The notes beneath the pieces are model-generated. The model was given only the letters and a program-made list of their open reading frames with translations. It did not search any database and was not told where the DNA came from. From the NCBI GenBank assembly GCA_965228475.1, contig OZ245817.1:2656001-2720000 (forward strand): a DNA stretch of 64,000 nucleotides, written 5' to 3'. Below are positions 1-8,978 of this stretch, piece by piece. This DNA is from Myxococcota bacterium. Its GTDB lineage: Bacteria; Myxococcota_A; UBA9160; JAFDDA01. The stretch's first letter is position 1; each line of letters begins with the position of its first letter. Made by a program: the position numbers and the translations under genes.

Positions 1-1022
1 AATCCGACGTGTTCCGTCTCTACGAAGACCAGCTGCCCGCCGCGTTGCTCACCGGGCCCGGCATCGGCCAATCGATGCTGGTGAAGGACCCGCCGGTCCA
101 CACGCGCCTGCGTGGGCTCGTGAGCCGCGCCTTCACGCCGCGACGGATCGCCGCGCTCGCGCCGCGCATCGAAGAGCAGGTCGACCGCCTCCTCTCGGAG
201 ATGCTGTCGGCGGGGGGCGGCGACTGGATCCACGACCTCGCCGAACCGCTGCCGGCCGTCGTGATCGCGGAGCTCCTCGGCGTCCCGCCCGAGGACCACC
301 GCCAGTTCCGCCTCTGGTCGTCGGAGCTCATCAACGCCCTGCCGAACTTCGGCGAGGGTACGGCGGAGGCGGCGGAATCGGCGGTCGGCGTACTGCTCGA
401 GTACCTGCGTAAGCAGATCGATCATCGCCGCGAGCACCCCGGCGACGACCTGTTGACCGCGCTGATCGAGGCCCGCGACGAACAGGACGCGCTCAACGAG
501 GACGAGCTCGTCTCGACGGCGTTCCTGCTGCTGCTCGCCGGCCACGAGACGACGACCAACCTGATCGGGAACGGCCTTCTCGCCATGATCCGCACGCCCG
601 AGGCCTGGGACCAGCTCCGCGGCCACCCCGAGCGCGCCGAGGCCGCCGTCGAAGAGCTCCTGCGTTTCGACAGCCCGGTCCAGGCCACCGTGCGCGTCGC
701 GATGCGCGACGTCGAACTCGATGGGCACACGATCGGCGCCGGAGCTCTCGTCGTGTGCGGGATCGGCGCGGCCAACCGCGACCCCGAAGCCAACCCGGAG
801 TCCGACCGCGTCGACCTCCTGCGCGAGGAGGTCCGCCACCTCTCCTTCGGCTTCGGGACGCACTTCTGCCTGGGCGCGGCCCTGGCCCGCAGCGAAGGAG
901 CCGCGGTCTTCCGCGCCCTGGCCTCCCGCGTCGAGAAGATCACGCCGAAGACGGAGACCTTCGAGTTCCGCCCGAACCCGGTGCTGCGGGGCCTGCGCAC
1001 GCTGCCGGTCGCGCTCGGCTGA
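1..1022 (+). CDS. Cytochrome P450 (5' end probably truncated by the window edge)
   Basis: I-helix AGHETT, K-helix EELLR (ExxR) and heme-ligand FGFGTHFCLG. The 337-aa ORF is short for a P450 and starts at the window edge. Confidence 0.95.
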   Translation, partial: SDVFRLYEDQLPAALLTGPGIGQSMLVKDPPVHTRLRGLVSRAFTPRRIAALAPRIEEQVDRLLSEMLSAGGGDWIHDLAEPLPAVVIAELLGVPPEDHRQFRLWSSELINALPNFGEGTAEAAESAVGVLLEYLRKQIDHRREHPGDDLLTALIEARDEQDALNEDELVSTAFLLLLAGHETTTNLIGNGLLAMIRTPEAWDQLRGHPERAEAAVEELLRFDSPVQATVRVAMRDVELDGHTIGAGALVVCGIGAANRDPEANPESDRVDLLREEVRHLSFGFGTHFCLGAALARSEGAAVFRALASRVEKITPKTETFEFRPNPVLRGLRTLPVALG

Positions 1023-1078
1023 ATCGAGCGAACGATTCGAGGGGGCACCGCTGCGGGCGGGAACGATAGACTCGGGCC

Positions 1079-1888
1079 ATGCCCGCACGCTTCGAACTCC
1101 CCGCCGACCATCCCCACGTCGCCCTCGTCACGATCGACCGCGCCGAGAAGGCGAACTCCCTCGACCCGGAGACGCTCCGCGACCTCGCCGCCGCCTGGCG
1201 GCGGATCGCCGAGGACGACGCGATCCGCTGCGCGGTGCTGACCGGCGCCGGCGAGCGCGTCTTCTGTTCGGGCATGGACATGACCACCACCATCCCGGCT
1301 TCCCAGCGGCTGGCCCGGGGTGAGCGCGTCGAGCCCGAGGTCTTCGAGGCCCTGCGTGACGTCAGCACGGCCCTGCTCGCCGGCTTCGACCTGGCGACCC
1401 CCCTGGTGTGCGCCGTGAACGGCCACGCGCGAGCGGGCGGCTTCGACCTGATGCTGGCCTCGGAGCTCCGCTTCGCCGTCCCGGACGCCACCTTCGCGCT
1501 CGAGGAGGTCGCGCTCGGTCTCTACCCGACGGGCAACGCGACGGTGATGCTCCCACGCCAGATCGGCTGGACCCACGCGAACGAGCTGCTCCTGACGGCG
1601 AAGCCCGTCGACGCGGAGCACGCGGCCCGCGTCGGGCTCGTGAACCGCATCGTCCCCGCCGAGCGGCTCCTCGAAACGGCGCTCGGCGCGGCCGACGCCA
1701 TCGCGGCGAACGCGCCGCTCGCCGTGCGCGAGACGCGCCGGGGCGTCCGCGAGCTGCTCGCCACGCCCCTGCCCGAAGCCTACGAGCGCCAGGAAGCGCT
1801 CGGCCGCCCCCTGCGCCGGACACGCGACGCCGCGGAGGCCCAGCGGGCCTTCGTCGAGAAGCGCAAGCCGGAGTGGGAGGGCCGCTAG
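1079..1888 (+). CDS. Enoyl-CoA hydratase/isomerase (crotonase) family protein
   Basis: FCSGMD oxyanion motif, AVNGHARAGGFDL, C-terminal AFVEKRKPEWEGR. TAGACT lies 6 nt before the ATG. Confidence 0.93.
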   Translation: MPARFELPADHPHVALVTIDRAEKANSLDPETLRDLAAAWRRIAEDDAIRCAVLTGAGERVFCSGMDMTTTIPASQRLARGERVEPEVFEALRDVSTALLAGFDLATPLVCAVNGHARAGGFDLMLASELRFAVPDATFALEEVALGLYPTGNATVMLPRQIGWTHANELLLTAKPVDAEHAARVGLVNRIVPAERLLETALGAADAIAANAPLAVRETRRGVRELLATPLPEAYERQEALGRPLRRTRDAAEAQRAFVEKRKPEWEGR

Positions 1889-1913
1889 CGCACGCGGGCG
1901 GGCGAGGCGGCGG

Positions 1914-2843
1914 TCAGGCGAACCAGCCGTCGCGGGCCGCGAGCCCTTCGTCGACGAGGCGCCGGATGCGGGCCTTCACGACCTCGACGTGGCCCTCCAT
2001 CACGGAGTCCTCGTCGTTCGGGGCGCCCTCGAAGTAGAGCGGCTCGCCGAAGCGGATGCGGAACTTGGTCGGCAACGGGATGAAGCCCATCGGGCCGAGC
2101 AGCGGCATCGTCCAGGTCAGGGGCAAGGCGGGCGCACCGACCCACTTCGCCACGCTCTCGAGGCGCGCGATGCCGGGTGAGATCTCCTCGGAGCCGACGA
2201 TGCCGATCGGAACGATCGGGGTGCCCGTCTCGAGGGCCAGCCGCACGAAGCCGAGACCGAAGCGCTTGAGTTCGTAGGCCTGGCTGTAGGGCTTGATGAA
2301 GCCCCGCTGGCCTTCCGGGAACACCATCACGGCCTCGTCGTGCTCGAGCAGCTCGACGCAGTTGGCGGGCGTGCCGACGACCGACCCCGCGCGGTGCATC
2401 ATGACGTTGAAGAACGGAATCTGCGGCAGGTAGTACTCGGCCATGCCGCGGACGATGCGCGGCGGCTCGCCTTCGAGGAAGAGCGAGGTCGCGAGCATTG
2501 CCCCGTCCCAGGCGAAGGTGTTGCCGGCGTGGTTCGCGATCAGGAGCACCCGGCCGCTCGGGACGTTCTCGATGCCGTGGGTCTCGACCCGGAACCAGTT
2601 CCGATAGAAGAAGAGCATCGGCAGGATGAACGAGAGCGTCCAGCTCGGGTCGTAGCCGAAGGGGTCGAAGCCGTACTCGTTCAGGCGGGTCGGCAGGCGC
2701 GCGGCGCGGTCGGCCAGGTGGCGCCACTCGGACTGAAGGCCGCTCGGCAGCCACGACGGCGGGTCCGGCAGCGCGGGAGGACCGCCCGGGCGCGGGATCG
2801 GGAACGGAAGCGTTCGCGGGTCGAAGGGTTCTTCGGCGGCCAT
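1914..2843 (-). CDS. Lysophospholipid/glycerol-phosphate acyltransferase (PlsC-like)
   Basis: IANHAG..WDG block I, VFPEG block III, GFVRLAL..GTPIVP. Confidence 0.9.
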   Translation of the reverse strand: MAAEEPFDPRTLPFPIPRPGGPPALPDPPSWLPSGLQSEWRHLADRAARLPTRLNEYGFDPFGYDPSWTLSFILPMLFFYRNWFRVETHGIENVPSGRVLLIANHAGNTFAWDGAMLATSLFLEGEPPRIVRGMAEYYLPQIPFFNVMMHRAGSVVGTPANCVELLEHDEAVMVFPEGQRGFIKPYSQAYELKRFGLGFVRLALETGTPIVPIGIVGSEEISPGIARLESVAKWVGAPALPLTWTMPLLGPMGFIPLPTKFRIRFGEPLYFEGAPNDEDSVMEGHVEVVKARIRRLVDEGLAARDGWFA

Positions 2844-2947
2844 GGGCCGAGTCTATCAAAGCGCCCTGTCAGGACTGGACTCGGTGGGCCCTAGGGTCCG
2901 ACGCTCGCCGACCTGGGCCGTGAACGGCCCGAGGCCGAAGCAGGCGA

Positions 2948-3622
2948 TCAGCGCCTTCGGCCCATCCCAGCGAGGCCGAGCCCGCCGAGCAGGAACAGCA
3001 GCATCGCGGCGGGTTCCGGGACCGTGTGGTTCACCAGCAGCGCGAGGCCCGGGGTCGGGATCACGGTGCCCGCCAGATCGTCCGCGACCACGTGGACGAG
3101 CTCGAAGGTGTGCATTTCGCCCGGAGCGAGTACGGGCAGGAGCACCGCACCGAAGTAGTAGGGCGCGGCGTGGAGGAGCAAGAGGCCGTCGGAATCCAGG
3201 CCGAACTCGTGGGGCTCGATGAAGGGCCACGGGTCCGGCGCGCCGTCGACCGCGCCGAGCGTGAAGACGAGGTACTCGTTGTCGAGCGTCGTTCCGGTGG
3301 TGTTGGTGACCGTGTAGCGGACGTTTCCGAGCAGCGGCGTGGCGAAGCTCGGCGGCATCGGCTCGGAGCCGATCAGTCCGAGCAGCTCGGTCACGACCGA
3401 CAGGCTCGGAGAGAGAGAGGGATCCCCGGCGCTGTCCCAGGTGTAGCTCCCGTCGACGACCAGGTGGATCGGCATTCCTGCAAGGTCCGCCCCGTCGAAG
3501 CCCCAGGCACTCGGGCCCTCGAAGTAGAGCGGCGTCGCGTGGACCGGGGGAGCCATCCAGCAGCCGACCGCCAGCGCCAACGCCGCAGCCAGGCCCTTCG
3601 AGGAAGTGATTCGAGTCTCCAT
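2948..3622 (-). CDS. PEP-CTERM sorting-domain surface protein
   Basis: Signal peptide ending PVHA. C-terminus VPEPAAMLLFLLGGLGLAGMGRRR (PEP + TM helix + basic tail). The start could also be ATG 3640. Confidence 0.88.
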   Translation of the reverse strand: METRITSSKGLAAALALAVGCWMAPPVHATPLYFEGPSAWGFDGADLAGMPIHLVVDGSYTWDSAGDPSLSPSLSVVTELLGLIGSEPMPPSFATPLLGNVRYTVTNTTGTTLDNEYLVFTLGAVDGAPDPWPFIEPHEFGLDSDGLLLLHAAPYYFGAVLLPVLAPGEMHTFELVHVVADDLAGTVIPTPGLALLVNHTVPEPAAMLLFLLGGLGLAGMGRRR

Positions 3623-3801
3623 CGCAGATCCATCCTTCATCCGCCCGAGCCCGCTGCCGCGAAACCCACCGCAGCCTGCAGGGCCGAGCGGTCGTGAGTG
3701 TCCGCCCCCCGTTCCGAGGTGACGATCTGCCACCCGCCTGCGCGCAACGCACACGCACCGGGCTGGCGGTCACGCGGCAACGCAACGGGTAGACTCGCGC
3801 G

Positions 3802-4998
3802 GTGAATCGAGATCCTCGTTCCGACCCCGGCGCCATGGTGCTCCCGGAGGCCGTGCGCACGATCCTCTCGACGCTCGGTGCGAACGGCCATGCCTCGTTC
3901 CTCGTCGGCGGTTGCGTGCGCGACCATCTCTCCGGCGAACCGGTGCGCGACTACGACGTCGCGACGCCCGCGACGCCGCACGAGGTCCTGGCCCTCTTTC
4001 CGTGCGCGATCCCGATCGGCCTGCGACACGGAACGGTGATGGTCCCAACGCCGTGCGGGCCCGTCGACGTGACCTCCTTCCGCGGCGCGGGCGGCCTGCA
4101 TTCCGACCTCGGCCACAGGGACTTCACGATCAACGCCATGGCCTTCGACCCGGCCACGGAATCCTTCGTCGACCCCTTCGAAGGACGGGCGGACCTGCTC
4201 GCGCGGCGGCTGCGGGCCGTCGGGTCCGCCGCCGATCGCCTGGGCGAGGACCCGCTCCGCGCCCTGCGCGCCGTGCGCTTTCTGTCCGAAGGCGGCTTCG
4301 AACCCGATGCGGAGCTCGTAGCGGCCATGGGCGAAACCGCCGCGGCCCTCCCCGGCGTCGCCGGAGAACGGCTGCGCGCGGAACTCGAGCGAACCCTGCT
4401 CGGACGGGGTGTTCGCTCCGCACTCGCCCTGCTCCGCCGAACCGGGCTCGAGGCCGCACTGGCCCCCGGCACCTCCGAGCGAGCCGCCGCGCGCGTCGAA
4501 GCACTCCCTCCGGACCGCGACCTCCGTCTCGCCGGCTGGCTCGCCGGAACGGACCCCGGCCCGGTCCTCGCACGGCTGCGCTGCTCTCGCGCGGTCGCGG
4601 ACCGCGTCGCTCGCTGGCTGCGCGCCCACCCGCTCCGGCCCGAAGGGGACCCCGGCCGGCCGGCGGACGTACGGCGCCTCCTGCAAAAACACGGCGAAGA
4701 CGATCTCGCCGCCCTGCTCGCACTCGCGCGCGCCACCGAACCCGCGGGAGCGCAGCCGCTCCTCGCCGAATGGACGGAGGCGGTGGACGGCCTGGCGGAT
4801 GCGGGCGGACTCGTGATCACCCGCGAGGACCTCGCACTCGATGGGCAGGCCGTGATGGAAGCCGTCGGCGGCGGGCCGGGCCCGGTGGTCGGCGAGGCAT
4901 TGCGCTACCTCCTGGATTGCGTGCTCGAAGAACCGTCGCAGAACACCCCGGAGAATCTCCGCGCACTCCTGGCCGAGTGGCGCGAGGCCCGTCCGTGA
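3802..4998 (+). CDS. Class II tRNA nucleotidyltransferase (CCA/poly(A) polymerase family), probably CC-adding
   Basis: LVGGCVRD..DYD catalytic motif, RDFTINAMA, EDPLR template motif, GERLRAEL. No HD domain and a very short loop after TSFR. Confidence 0.88.
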   Translation: MNRDPRSDPGAMVLPEAVRTILSTLGANGHASFLVGGCVRDHLSGEPVRDYDVATPATPHEVLALFPCAIPIGLRHGTVMVPTPCGPVDVTSFRGAGGLHSDLGHRDFTINAMAFDPATESFVDPFEGRADLLARRLRAVGSAADRLGEDPLRALRAVRFLSEGGFEPDAELVAAMGETAAALPGVAGERLRAELERTLLGRGVRSALALLRRTGLEAALAPGTSERAAARVEALPPDRDLRLAGWLAGTDPGPVLARLRCSRAVADRVARWLRAHPLRPEGDPGRPADVRRLLQKHGEDDLAALLALARATEPAGAQPLLAEWTEAVDGLADAGGLVITREDLALDGQAVMEAVGGGPGPVVGEALRYLLDCVLEEPSQNTPENLRALLAEWREARP

Positions 4999-5615
4999 GC
5001 CCGGCCGGAGCCGCACTGCGTGGCGCGCTCGCGTGCCTCCTGCTCTTCGTCTTCGGGTGCGGCAGTTCGGGCAGCTCGGCCGGCCCCGCTCGCTACCGGC
5101 TGACCGACAGCGGCGAGCAGTGGCACCACGCCGGCAGCGACGCGGTCCAGAGCGATCTCGAGGCCCGCTACCCCGCCTTCTTCCGTCACGTCCTCGATCC
5201 CAACCAGCGCGGCGACCTCGACATCCGCCCCCTCCGGCGCGACCTCGAGCATCGGCCCGTCGACCGGCGGAACTTCGACGCGCTGAACGCCGTCGCCGTG
5301 AGCTACTTCGAGCTGAATCACCGCGCCCAGGCGGACCCGGGCGGACCCGGCTACTTCGACGACTCCTTCCGCGCCGCGAAGCTCCTGGCCCTGCCCTGGA
5401 AGGCCTACGGCCTCGTCGACGACCCGTCCCTGCGCGACGCAATCATCGACTTCTTCGAGGACGCGGGAACGGGGACCAAGCTCGACGCCGCCACGACCGC
5501 GCCGCGGCTCGCCCGGATCGTGGAATCCCTCGCCGCCAAGGAGGACGACCCGGGGCGGCTCGAACGCATCGAAGCGCTCACGCGGCGCCTCGACGAACCT
5601 CCGAGCGGGCCCTAG
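4995..5615 (+). CDS. Hypothetical lipoprotein
   Basis: GTG overlaps the upstream stop (GTGA). Hydrophobic signal ending LFVFGC, then an ordinary globular sequence. It is the real 3' part of ORF 3912..5615. Confidence 0.7.
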   Translation: MSPAGAALRGALACLLLFVFGCGSSGSSAGPARYRLTDSGEQWHHAGSDAVQSDLEARYPAFFRHVLDPNQRGDLDIRPLRRDLEHRPVDRRNFDALNAVAVSYFELNHRAQADPGGPGYFDDSFRAAKLLALPWKAYGLVDDPSLRDAIIDFFEDAGTGTKLDAATTAPRLARIVESLAAKEDDPGRLERIEALTRRLDEPPSGP

Positions 5616-6037
5616 GGCGCCGAGCCTTCCGGGGGCGTCGTGGCCGCGCCTTCGGGCCCGACCCGGACGACGCGCAGCTCGTGGCCCTCGAGCGCCTCGA
5701 CGCGCACGGCCGCTCCGGTCTCGATCTCCCCATGGTCCGCCACCGCGCGCCAGAGTTCGGCGTTCACGCGCACCCAGCCGTGGGGCTTCAGGCCTTCGAC
5801 CACCGTGGCCAGCCGGCCGACGAGATGCTCGCCCGGGTCGGCGCCGACCTTCTCGTAGGCGCGCTTCATCCACGGATAGAGGAGCACGTCCTTGACGGCG
5901 AAGCCGACGGCCCCCGCCACGAGGAGCCACGCCGGCGCCTCGGTGTAGTTGTGGACGCCGAGGAGGATCAGCGCCACGAGCGACCACTCGGGGATCTGGA
6001 AGAGCATGTAGCGAAGAAAGGTGCGTCGCCCGGACAC
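5612..6037 (-). CDS. NfeD-family membrane protein (C-terminal OB fold)
   Basis: Two N-terminal TM segments, then LVGRLATVVEGLKPHGWVRVNAELWRA..G..VRVEALEGHELRV. Confidence 0.8.
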   Translation of the reverse strand: MSGRRTFLRYMLFQIPEWSLVALILLGVHNYTEAPAWLLVAGAVGFAVKDVLLYPWMKRAYEKVGADPGEHLVGRLATVVEGLKPHGWVRVNAELWRAVADHGEIETGAAVRVEALEGHELRVVRVGPEGAATTPPEGSAP

Positions 6038-6087
6038 CCGGGAACACTGCCCGATCCGGGGCCTTGCGGCCAGCGGGTGCGGGAGGG

Positions 6088-8766
6088 TCAGACGCGGAAG
6101 CGGTCGACCGCCTCGCGGAGCCGCTCGGCTTCGCCGCGCATGCCGCCGACCGCGACTTCCATGGCCTCGGCCAGGCCGCCGTGGGCCTGGGTGCGGGCCT
6201 CGAGTTCGCGGACCTCACCCTCGGCCGCGCCGCACGCGACCGACTGCTCGGACAGGGCGGCGCTGATCAGCTGGACGGCCTCACGGACCGCGTCGACGCC
6301 GTCGGCGATGCTCCCGGAGCCCTGGGCCTGCTCCCCGGCCACCGACTTCACCTTCGCAGCGATCTCCCGCATGACCTCGCTCGTGGCGAGAACGGCTTCG
6401 TTGCCCCGGTCCTGCTCCTGGCCCGCCCGCCGAATCTGGTCGACGCCCGCGCGCACGCGCTCCATCAAGGAAACGACGTGGCCCGCCGCCCGCGTCTGTT
6501 CGTTGACCGCGGTCACGATCTCACCGATCCGGCTCCCGCTCGATCGCGCGGCGTCGGTGATCGCGTCGAGAGCTTCGCCGGCATCGACCGCCTGGCGCAC
6601 GCCGCCTTCGACGGCCCGCGAACCGCGCTCGATCGCGCCGACGGCGTTGGCCGCCTCGTTCTGGACCGAGCGGATCACTCCCTCGATCTCCTTCGTGCTG
6701 GTGAGCACGCGGTCCGCGAGCTTCTTGATCTCATCGGCGACGACGGAGAAGGAGCGCCCGTTCTCGCCGGCCTGGGCCGCGATGATCGCAGCGTTCAGGG
6801 CGAGCAGGTTCGTCTCCTCGGCGACGTCGTCGATGACGTTGACGATCTCGCCGATCTCGTGGGTGCGGCGGCCGAGGTCGTTGATCACGCTGCGCGCCGT
6901 CTCGGTGGTCTCGCGGATCTCCTCCATCCCCTTCACCGTCTCGCGCACCTTCGAGCGGCCGCCTTCGGCCTGCTCCACCACGCCCTGGGACAACCGCGCC
7001 GTCTCGACGGCGTTGGCGTCGACCTCGCGCAGGGACGCCGCCATCTCCTCCATGCTGCTCGAGGTATCGACCGCCGCCCCCGAGAGGTGCTCGGCGTTGT
7101 CGAGCACGTCGCGTACGCTGCGGATCAGCTCGTCGATGGCGCTCGAGACCTCTTCGACCTTCTCGTTCAACAGGTTCGCACTCTCGTCGAGGTGCTGGCC
7201 CGAGCCGCGCATCTCGAGAATCGAACGGGAGCCGTCGTCCACGGCCGAGGTGAGCTGCTGGGCCGTCGCGGCGATCCCCTCCACCTGACCCGTCACGCCG
7301 AGCAGCGACGTCCGCAGGGTGTCGGCACCGGTGCGCTGTTCCTCGCTGGTGGTGAGCAGGTCCGCGCTGGCGGCGGCGATCTCGCCGGCCGCGGAATCGA
7401 CGCGATCGGCGGTGCCGCGGACGCCCACGATCATGGCGCCGAGGCTCCGGCCCATGTGCTCGAGACCGCTCGCGAGCTGCCCGAGTTCGTCCTCCCGCAG
7501 CACCGGATCTCCGGCCCGGAGGTCGCCCGAGGCGAGACGCGCGGTCTCCGCGCCGAGCTTGCCGACGGCCCGCTCCATGTCGGACGCCAGCATCCAGGCG
7601 ATCGCCAGGGTCGCGAGCAGGACGAAGGCGAGAAAGAAGCCGACCGCGCCGGACCAGCCCGGCACGAAGGCGCCGTAGGTCTCGGCCCGGGAGATCGCGA
7701 GGGCGAGCCGGCCGTCCGCGAGCGCGCGCCAGGCGAAGTGGTTCGGCGAGTCGAGCCCCCGGCTGTCGCCTCGCTCGAGGCCCGTCTGCCTCAACCACTC
7801 GACCTCGAAGGGCAGCAGCAGGCCGTCGAGCGCCGAGAACCCGGCATTCCCCGCCGGGTCGACGAAGACGATCCGATCGACGAGCCCGAGACGCTTTGCG
7901 ACGTCCCGCGTCACCTGCTCCTCGCTGCGGAAGGGCGCCGGCTCTTCCGCCACCTCGGCGTCGGCATTCTCCTCGACCGCTTCCGCGACCGGCTCGAACG
8001 CCGCCAAGGCCGCGGCGTCCTCGGCGACCCCGTCGAGAACGCGCGCGCCGAGCTGGGTGGCCGCTGCCTCGGCGGTTCGAACGCCCCGCACGTGGGCCAG
8101 CGTCACGCCGTAGAGCATGCTCACGAGGAGCGCGCCCGTGACCCCGACGAGGAGCTTCGCTCGCAGCGGCAGCGGCTGGATCCGCTCGCGGGCGGCGTCG
8201 AGGTCGGGCAGTTCCCGGGCGAGCGAGTCGAGCAGCGGCCGGAAGAACGCCTTCAGCAGGAAGAAGAGCAACGCGGCGTACACGAAGGCGCCGGCCAGGT
8301 TGCCGACCATGCGGATCGCGAGCTGGCCGACCGGGAACATCTCCGGTGCGGACCAGTGGCGATACACCTGGAGCTCGAAGCCGACGAGCACGAACCATCC
8401 GAAGGAGCGCAGGGCCCAGAAGCGGGGCGCGTTGACGACGCGTTCGAAGCCTCGTTCCAACGTGGCGAGATCGACCGGCTCGGCACGCCGCGCCGGGTCG
8501 ATGGCGAGCACGTCCCGGAAGAATCCGGCGTAGAGCCAGAGCACGAGCGCGATGTGGAGGACGGCGAATCCGACGAGGAGCGCCGAACCCTCGGTCACGT
8601 CGCCGGAGCGCGAGAGCGCGTTCACCGAGAGCAGCGTGACGTTCCCCGATGCCACCGCCAGGAGCGTTCCGGGCACGACCGTCCGGACCACCGTCTGTCG
8701 TGCGGTCACGGGCGGCGCGACCTCGTCGCGGGGCGGCGCGTTCTCGGTGCGTTCGGCGTCGGACAT
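6088..8766 (-). CDS. Methyl-accepting chemotaxis protein with multi-TM N-terminus and HAMP domain
   Basis: [13 protein letters not shown] motif and signalling hairpin [40 protein letters not shown]. About 6 hydrophobic segments. Confidence 0.93.
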   Translation of the reverse strand: MSDAERTENAPPRDEVAPPVTARQTVVRTVVPGTLLAVASGNVTLLSVNALSRSGDVTEGSALLVGFAVLHIALVLWLYAGFFRDVLAIDPARRAEPVDLATLERGFERVVNAPRFWALRSFGWFVLVGFELQVYRHWSAPEMFPVGQLAIRMVGNLAGAFVYAALLFFLLKAFFRPLLDSLARELPDLDAARERIQPLPLRAKLLVGVTGALLVSMLYGVTLAHVRGVRTAEAAATQLGARVLDGVAEDAAALAAFEPVAEAVEENADAEVAEEPAPFRSEEQVTRDVAKRLGLVDRIVFVDPAGNAGFSALDGLLLPFEVEWLRQTGLERGDSRGLDSPNHFAWRALADGRLALAISRAETYGAFVPGWSGAVGFFLAFVLLATLAIAWMLASDMERAVGKLGAETARLASGDLRAGDPVLREDELGQLASGLEHMGRSLGAMIVGVRGTADRVDSAAGEIAAASADLLTTSEEQRTGADTLRTSLLGVTGQVEGIAATAQQLTSAVDDGSRSILEMRGSGQHLDESANLLNEKVEEVSSAIDELIRSVRDVLDNAEHLSGAAVDTSSSMEEMAASLREVDANAVETARLSQGVVEQAEGGRSKVRETVKGMEEIRETTETARSVINDLGRRTHEIGEIVNVIDDVAEETNLLALNAAIIAAQAGENGRSFSVVADEIKKLADRVLTSTKEIEGVIRSVQNEAANAVGAIERGSRAVEGGVRQAVDAGEALDAITDAARSSGSRIGEIVTAVNEQTRAAGHVVSLMERVRAGVDQIRRAGQEQDRGNEAVLATSEVMREIAAKVKSVAGEQAQGSGSIADGVDAVREAVQLISAALSEQSVACGAAEGEVRELEARTQAHGGLAEAMEVAVGGMRGEAERLREAVDRFRV

Positions 8767-8978
8767 GCGCTCCTCACGGGCCCGGGGCCCCGCTCCCTGA
8801 ATCGGCCGGTTTCAGCTCCGAGTTGAGGCGCAGGAGCGCCGGCCAACCCCGCCGCGCCACGAGTGGTTTTCGCAACGTTCAATCTGAAGCGGCCCCATCG
8901 CTCCTTTCAAGGATGCCGCTCGGCTGCCGATGGAAGAGCCGCAGCCGCGAACCTGCCCGCGACGAAGAGAGCCACCCC

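Noticed and set aside
3623..3790. Sigma54 promoter for the first PEP-CTERM gene
   Set aside because: A minus-strand TGGCA exists near 3728-3732, but the -12 GC is not at the required spacing.
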